From: Phoronis australis
Taxonomy: Eukaryota > Animalia > Phoronida
Length of the DNA: 64,000 nt
Direction: 5' to 3'
NCBI GenBank assembly: GCA_002633005.1
Contig: NMRA01000032.1
Span: forward strand, 228,911-292,910
Of the stretch, positions 60,301 to 64,000 are shown in pieces (position 1 is the stretch's first letter; each line of letters opens with the position of its first letter). The notes below the pieces were generated by a model that worked only from the letters and a program-made list of their open reading frames with translations, had not been told where the DNA came from and did not search any database. Made by a program: the position numbers and the translations under genes.

Positions 60301-63257
60301 TTCCCAAACAACTTGACGTCTTCAGTGGGTGTACTGAAACTGTCTCTCCTACTGTACTTCGAGCTGGGCTGAACCACAGCCATCGTGTGTCCTGCCTTAT
60401 CCACATATTCCAGCAGTTTTACCAGCAGGCTGTAAGCAAACCGTTTCTCCATTGCCGAGCCACCAACATTGATCTCGACCTCGGACTCACGTGACTGTCG
60501 AGAGGTTGCGTAGGCCGCCTGGTGGGATCTTGCATCACCGCGTTCAAAACTGAGTGGGAGAACAAACCAATAAGGGAAGGAAATGCGAAGAGTGTAATAA
60601 TCTATGTCAATCATACTAGCAAGGACTCATAGAACAGCACAGTAGATACAGTACAATACAAAAGCAATCTGACAAAATACCATTTCCCCTTAATGACGAC
60701 TAATTCTGTGAACACCAAAAATTAATAGTAATAACAATTAAGGCCATAAAGTCTCATTACGGAATTTATTAGCCATGTTACTAACTTTCTTGTTATTCAT
60801 CCTTGATTCTCTGTCATGAGTGAAGACTGCTCTGACAAAGAAATTGGCTTCTTATTAGATGTCATGACGGGAGTTCTATGTCATTTTGTCTCAATACTGC
60901 TGGCTTTATAGTAAAAGTATTGAAAAATAAGCCTAGACTAGCACAATAGATGTCACTAAAGTGCGAGCTCAGCAAAACTGGAATGTTGAACAACGGGAGA
61001 AATGTCATTGCTTTTCCAAACCAAGATTTTTAGACGGAAATGTTTTGTGTCTTGCATTCCGAAAAGTGGCCAATTGCTTGTTAAGATCAGACTTGACAAG
61101 GTTTATTTGTATGTTTTCTCCTTGGTTCTCATCTCCTGGGCATTATTCAAATACAGGGTGACCCAAAAACCTAACCACAAAATTTTGTTCAAAGTTCAAA
61201 ATTATAATTTTTTTGGAAAGAACGAAAATCCAATGCAAACTGATTAGAACTATGTGAAAAGGTCATCCAAGGACAGGAAGTTAAGTCTACCAAGTTTGAA
61301 AAAAACCACGAATTTGCGTAGAACAAAATTTTGTATGTGTTTGGATTGTTACAGGTCACCTTGTAATTACACCTTTCTCTGTCTACATTTAATATTTATG
61401 ACCTACTTGGACAGCCTAAATCCCTGCATCTGGACAAACTTCAACAGCTCCTGAGCCAGTTCTCGTCCCTTCTGCTTCTCTTTGTCCGTCAGGATATCAA
61501 ATGGTACGAGCTGTGGGTGAAGGCCGCCACCTGTGGGGTAAATGTAAAACAAAGGTAAGAAAAGAGCAATCCTGAGGTAAGAAAATATAAATTTACAGTC
61601 AGTACCAGTTGAATGAAATTTTTAATGCTCTTTGCAATCGAAGAAAATCACAAACCGCATACAGATTCTTGTCTCCCATACATACAGTTCTGTAGCACCT
61701 ATTAATGAACAGTTATCAACTACATAAATGAACTACTTTGAATCAAGATAAGTATGCATTTAATAAAAGAATCTGACTAAAAAACTGCATCGTTGATTCA
61801 CAATTACTTTTCCACCTTCAGTGGTCAAGTTTCCAGTAACTGCTGATGCTCCTATCCAAGGCATTTCAACTCACTTGAATATATGATACTATTTTTAATT
61901 ATCTATCTTCATTCCCTTTCAGTTCATTCTGTGTGTGATTCTCTCATTGAGGAATTTTACAATCAATGTAAAAATCGAGTCACGTCTATTAAAGTTGTAC
62001 TAGATAATTGGTCTTTTTAGAGTAGAGATTTTGGAAAAATTTGGAATCTAGTTTAGTTTTCCACCATGGCACTGATCATACCTAAAGACTCCAATTCCTT
62101 CTTCTTTTTGAGAGCCCACAAATCGTGTGCATTCTCTGCCAGTGTCTCAGCCAAGGAAAACATATCCCTGGTCAAGGTCAAACTCTTCAGGTCAGCTGGG
62201 CGTGGGTTGAAGCCGCGGTTCACATCCTAAAATAAATTGAGACGAAGCACATCAAGAATTGAACAAATAATGAACAAATAATGAACAGAAGATAAACTCT
62301 GCAATGTGACCTGTAACTGCAAAATTAAGTAGGATATAATTTGATTTTACTTTTTGGATAGGTAAGAACTTAAAAAAAATTTGAAACAACCATGTTCTTA
62401 ACATTAAATGTGCAGCCAAACTCGAGTCAGAACTTTGGTGCCAAAACTGTTACCAGGGCTTGGAATGACCAATGACAAAAAACGCGGAAACGTATACGGC
62501 CCAAATCATGCGCGCTACCCAGCCTTGAAATGGTCGATGTGAACCTTTCCCAGACAAAAATTGGGAGGACTGAAAAAAAAACCCTTACCACCATCAGTAG
62601 CATGCGTCTGCGCCCTTTTAGCTCGTCCGTCCACTCCCAGCCCACGCATTTTTGGCTGCAGAGCTGCAGTATTTGTCGCCGCGGTTTACAACAACACGAG
62701 ACACCATTGAAAATCCCACCACGCTATCCCAGATGCCCCGGCAATGTTGACAATTTACATTCCTCCGAAACATAAAGAGCAACTTCCGCTTTTCGAGGTG
62801 AACGACGTCTGCAACGCCGCGGTAAGAAAGGAATTTGCCGCGGAACTTTTATATCAAATACGATTTTTTTTACGCGGAAATATAATAAAATGCGCGGACA
62901 GAACATTTCAAAAAAGCGGAAATCCGCGTTTCCGCGGAAAATTCCAAGCTCTGTGTTACTCCAAAATTTTGGCAGCCTTAAAAAAAGAATTTTTGAGTTT
63001 TATGACGATTGCGGTGTCAATGTTCTGGATTAGATGAACAAAACACAGAATGTAACCTTACTGTATCTTGTAAGAGTAAATCAACAAATTTTCAACTCAA
63101 TTAAATATTCCTAAAGAGATCTAACCCCTATCCTTACCTGTTTCCTTCTAATACTGCCGGTGTGGTTTGCACGTGATCGGTCCTGGTCAAACTGCCAGCC
63201 TAGTGCAAGAATGGCTTTCAATGTCTCCTTGGCCGGTTCAATATATAAAAACTTCTC
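6214..63257 (-). CDS. RyR: Ryanodine receptor, 3' half of a multi-exon gene (5' part outside the window); 47 exon positions traced
   Basis: Spliced translation gives RyR hallmarks in order: repeat 3/4 ([25 protein letters not shown]), CaM-binding segment, [22 protein letters not shown]-hand pair, S1-S6, GGGIGD filter, SKCFICG zinc finger, [12 protein letters not shown]-terminus. All introns GT-AG with compatible phases. Confidence 0.98.
6608..6760 (-). CDS. RyR: RyR exon, C-terminal zinc-finger domain
   Basis: [25 protein letters not shown]. Confidence 0.96.
8105..8169 (-). CDS. RyR: RyR exon, S6 cytoplasmic extension
   Basis: [22 protein letters not shown]. Confidence 0.96.
8451..8607 (-). 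CDS. RyR: RyR exon, pore helix, selectivity filter and S6
   Basis: [36 protein letters not shown]. Confidence 0.97.
9178..9394. repeat. 24-bp minisatellite, about 9 copies
   Basis: Unit cacacatagcaacagatgtgaccc, nearly invariant. Confidence 0.95.
9998..10279 (-). CDS. RyR: RyR exon, S3-S5
   Basis: [43 protein letters not shown]. Confidence 0.96.
11220..11280 (-). CDS. RyR: RyR exon
   Basis: [20 protein letters not shown]. Confidence 0.94.
11877..12004 (-). CDS. RyR: RyR exon, S2-S3 loop
   Basis: [22 protein letters not shown].. Confidence 0.93.
13399..13542 (-). CDS. RyR: RyR exon, S2-S3 loop
   Basis: [24 protein letters not shown]. Confidence 0.95.
14127..14417 (-). CDS. RyR: RyR exon, S1-S2 luminal loop and S2
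   Basis: ..[21 protein letters not shown]. Confidence 0.94.
15273..15485. repeat. Dispersed repeat, second copy at ~45812-46035
   Basis: Shared gtttagctggctaaaaa.gaaaa..cataaaat.ag.ctca.aata..acatcgaaac.. Confidence 0.7.
16040..16250 (-). CDS. RyR: RyR exon, S1
   Basis: ..[28 protein letters not shown]. Confidence 0.93.
16672..16770 (-). CDS. RyR: RyR exon, divergent region 1
   Basis: 99 bp, phase 2-2, good splice sites; [32 protein letters not shown]. Confidence 0.8.
17371..17577 (-). CDS. RyR: RyR exon, divergent region 1
   Basis: [24 protein letters not shown]; phase 2-2. Confidence 0.85.
17620..17882. repeat. Degenerate ~45-50 bp tandem repeat filling a RyR intron
   Basis: Recurring ggaatgatattgatggtgtt(a/g)aagg..tattggtgttgat, about 5 copies. 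Confidence 0.85.
17933..18136 (-). CDS. RyR: RyR exon, hydrophobic/amphipathic segments preceding S1
   Basis: [24 protein letters not shown]..; phase 2-2. Confidence 0.87.
18402..19320. mobile_element. Probable non-autonomous element with a terminal palindrome
   Basis: Imperfect palindrome 18402-18540 (atagattatt/aataatctat, cgttatctccc/ggggataacg, tggattttgga/tccaaaatcca); tttataccaca pairs with tgtggtataaa near 19240. Confidence 0.45.
19558..19643 (-). CDS. RyR: RyR exon
   Basis: [12 protein letters not shown].. continues CEDTIFE|MQ. Confidence 0.92.
20380..20478 (-). CDS. RyR: RyR exon, second copy inside probable assembly duplication
   Basis: [33 protein letters not shown], same peptide as 21546-21644. 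Confidence 0.7.
21546..21644 (-). CDS. RyR: RyR exon, thumb-and-forefinger (U-motif) region
   Basis: [33 protein letters not shown]. Confidence 0.9.
22040..22196 (-). CDS. RyR: RyR exon
   Basis: [46 protein letters not shown]. Confidence 0.96.
22725..22883 (-). CDS. RyR: RyR exon, EF-hand 2
   Basis: [39 protein letters not shown].. Confidence 0.96.
23920..23970. repeat. Short hexamer-type microsatellite
   Basis: atcagtatcaatatcagtatctatatcaatatcagtatcaat. Confidence 0.7.
24596..24675 (-). CDS. RyR: RyR EF-hand 1 exon, alternative C
   Basis: 80 bp, catcag|..|gtaaga; [26 protein letters not shown]. Confidence 0.88.
24769..24848 (-). CDS. RyR: RyR EF-hand 1 exon, alternative B
   Basis: 80 bp, ctcctag|..|gtttgt; [26 protein letters not shown]. 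Confidence 0.9.
25505..25584 (-). CDS. RyR: RyR EF-hand 1 exon, alternative A
   Basis: 80 bp, atgtag|..|gtaagt; [26 protein letters not shown]. Confidence 0.92.
26830..26895 (-). CDS. RyR: RyR exon
   Basis: [22 protein letters not shown]. Confidence 0.95.
27685..27755 (-). CDS. RyR: RyR exon
   Basis: [23 protein letters not shown]. Confidence 0.95.
28427..28508 (-). CDS. RyR: RyR exon
   Basis: [27 protein letters not shown]. Confidence 0.95.
28964..29068 (-). CDS. RyR: RyR exon, central domain
   Basis: [35 protein letters not shown]. Confidence 0.96.
29394..29611 (-). CDS. RyR: RyR exon, RIH-associated/central domain
   Basis: [39 protein letters not shown]. Confidence 0.97.
30105..30259 (-). 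CDS. RyR: RyR exon, central domain
   Basis: [28 protein letters not shown]. Confidence 0.97.
30593..30669 (-). CDS. RyR: RyR exon
   Basis: [25 protein letters not shown]. Confidence 0.94.
31302..31381 (-). CDS. RyR: RyR exon
   Basis: [26 protein letters not shown]. Confidence 0.94.
31524..31577. repeat. 17-bp tandem repeat x3
   Basis: aaagttattataatggt repeated three times. Confidence 0.9.
32019..32118 (-). CDS. RyR: RyR exon
   Basis: [33 protein letters not shown]. Confidence 0.95.
34590..34920. repeat. Dispersed repeat, second copy at ~63365-63700
   Basis: Shared ttggacag..taaa..ggacaccaaaa..ttgattc.gaagattgagaca.tggc. Confidence 0.7.
36080..36142 (-). CDS. RyR: RyR exon, acidic linker
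   Basis: [21 protein letters not shown]. Confidence 0.92.
36898..37065 (-). CDS. RyR: RyR exon
   Basis: ..[38 protein letters not shown]. Confidence 0.94.
37441..37534 (-). CDS. RyR: RyR exon
   Basis: [31 protein letters not shown]. Confidence 0.94.
38455..38567 (-). CDS. RyR: RyR exon, calmodulin-binding segment
   Basis: [37 protein letters not shown]. Confidence 0.96.
39941..40092. mobile_element. Short MITE-like element
   Basis: Termini aggggcag / ctgcccct; internal ggggggc..gcccccc hairpin. Confidence 0.5.
40797..41082. mobile_element. Palindromic (foldback) MITE, ~286 bp
   Basis: ~60-bp terminal inverted repeats (ttatctgaacacaagcaggtatatttg / caaatatacctgcttgtgttcagataa), inner arms cagaatgaccta / taggtcattctg, TA at both ends. 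Confidence 0.85.
41228..41260 (-). CDS. RyR: Candidate 33-nt alternative RyR microexon
   Basis: Acceptor tgttcatgttgttccttag, donor AAG|gtagct, phase 0-0, open frame [11 protein letters not shown]. Confidence 0.5.
42709..42864 (-). CDS. RyR: RyR exon
   Basis: ..[30 protein letters not shown]. Confidence 0.94.
43595..43654 (-). CDS. RyR: RyR exon
   Basis: [20 protein letters not shown]. Confidence 0.9.
49112..49378 (-). CDS. RyR: RyR exon
   Basis: [35 protein letters not shown].. Confidence 0.96.
49834..49992 (-). CDS. RyR: RyR exon
   Basis: ..[28 protein letters not shown]. Confidence 0.96.
50863..51041 (-). CDS. RyR: RyR exon
   Basis: [30 protein letters not shown]. Confidence 0.93.
51791..51906 (-). 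CDS. RyR: RyR exon
   Basis: [35 protein letters not shown]. Confidence 0.94.
52689..52878 (-). CDS. RyR: RyR exon
   Basis: ..[25 protein letters not shown]. Confidence 0.95.
53211..53362 (-). CDS. RyR: RyR exon
   Basis: [22 protein letters not shown].. Confidence 0.95.
55919..56000 (-). CDS. RyR: RyR exon
   Basis: [26 protein letters not shown]. Confidence 0.94.
56869..57107 (-). CDS. RyR: RyR exon
   Basis: [35 protein letters not shown]. Confidence 0.95.
57922..58032 (-). CDS. RyR: RyR exon, copy inside probable assembly duplication
   Basis: [36 protein letters not shown]. Confidence 0.8.
58775..58885 (-). CDS. RyR: RyR exon, other copy inside probable assembly duplication
   Basis: Same peptide as 57922-58032; two synonymous differences seen. 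Confidence 0.8.
59746..59867 (-). CDS. RyR: RyR exon
   Basis: [29 protein letters not shown]. Confidence 0.95.
60300..60549 (-). CDS. RyR: RyR exon
   Basis: ..[27 protein letters not shown]. Confidence 0.94.
61407..61530 (-). CDS. RyR: RyR exon, repeat 4
   Basis: [37 protein letters not shown]. Confidence 0.96.
62082..62226 (-). CDS. RyR: RyR exon, repeat 4
   Basis: [48 protein letters not shown]. Confidence 0.96.
62454..62953. mobile_element. 500-bp MITE with 13-bp TIRs and 6-bp target-site duplication
   Basis: tgttac|cagggcttggaat ... attccaagctctg|tgttac; repeated cgcgga motifs; CpG-rich. Confidence 0.85.
63138..63257 (-). CDS. RyR: RyR exon, repeat 3
   Basis: [30 protein letters not shown]. 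Confidence 0.93.
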
Positions 63258-64000
63258 CTAGAAGATAAGCAGGTTGCAAGTACATAACCGAGCTAAGATA
63301 GTTAACAGTCAAGTGTATTGGACAATTCACATTCACCCTAGACATGCTTGAAACACCAACCAAATTGTACAGTAAAAATTCTCCAATTTGGACAGTTCTA
63401 AAATTTTGGACACCAAAATTCGGACTGAAGTTGAATTTTTTGATTCAGAAGATTGAGACATTGGCAATTATGACGTGCTGTATATTTCTCAAATATAAGA
63501 CACTACATTTTGTATCAACAAAGTCTGAAAATAAACTTTGCAATTGATATATTGTAGAACATAGTCACCGATGTAACATTTTCACATGTCTCCAGAGTGT
63601 GTAACATTGCCATGAATGATCCCTAAATTTTGTAATTGACTGTAATTCTTGAATTTGGCCCATTTCTAAACTTTTGTACAAGTTCTAAACTGAAAAAAAA
63701 TAATAATAGTTTATCATTGACTCAAACTCTGTACACAGCTTAACTCAAATAAAAAATGTGAGGAATAGGGTGTCTTCAGCCATCCTTATCTAGTTTTCTC
63801 AACAGTACTCTCCTTGTAAAAACTCATAATAACCTATAGGTATAAATATTAGGAATAATACGTATGTTCCACTTGAAAAAAAAATTACTATTTCTAATTT
63901 TTTTCTTGTGCAATAAAAACATTTTAACATTTTTGAGAGCCGAGTCCCGTTAACCCTGTCTCAGTGATGATGATATTAACCCTGCCTACATAACCCACAT

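Noticed and set aside
6214-63257. IP3 receptor as alternative identity
   Set aside because: RyR repeat 3/4, the CaM-binding segment, EF-hand pair and the short [12 protein letters not shown]-terminus are RyR-specific.

Overview
Eukaryotic (animal, most likely a marine invertebrate; deuterostome-like by inference) genomic DNA. About 57 kb is the 3' half of a ryanodine receptor (RyR) gene on the minus strand. I traced 47 exon positions by hand from the repeat 3/4 phosphorylation domain (63257) to the stop codon (6214), all with GT-AG boundaries and consistent phases; the gene continues beyond the right edge. A small three-exon secreted PAN/apple + C-type-lectin-domain gene lies convergently on the plus strand (2609-4970). 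The most notable signal is that the first EF-hand of the RyR is encoded by three tandem, diverged, 80-bp, same-phase exons (24596-24675, 24769-24848, 25505-25584), the architecture of a mutually exclusive exon cluster. Also seen: a candidate 33-nt microexon just before the calmodulin-binding segment, unusual pore-loop residues, a luminal NGT-sequon repeat, several MITEs and minisatellites, and two near-identical ~1 kb duplications at single-N gaps that are probably haplotype assembly artefacts. All coordinates were counted by eye and no database search was run.
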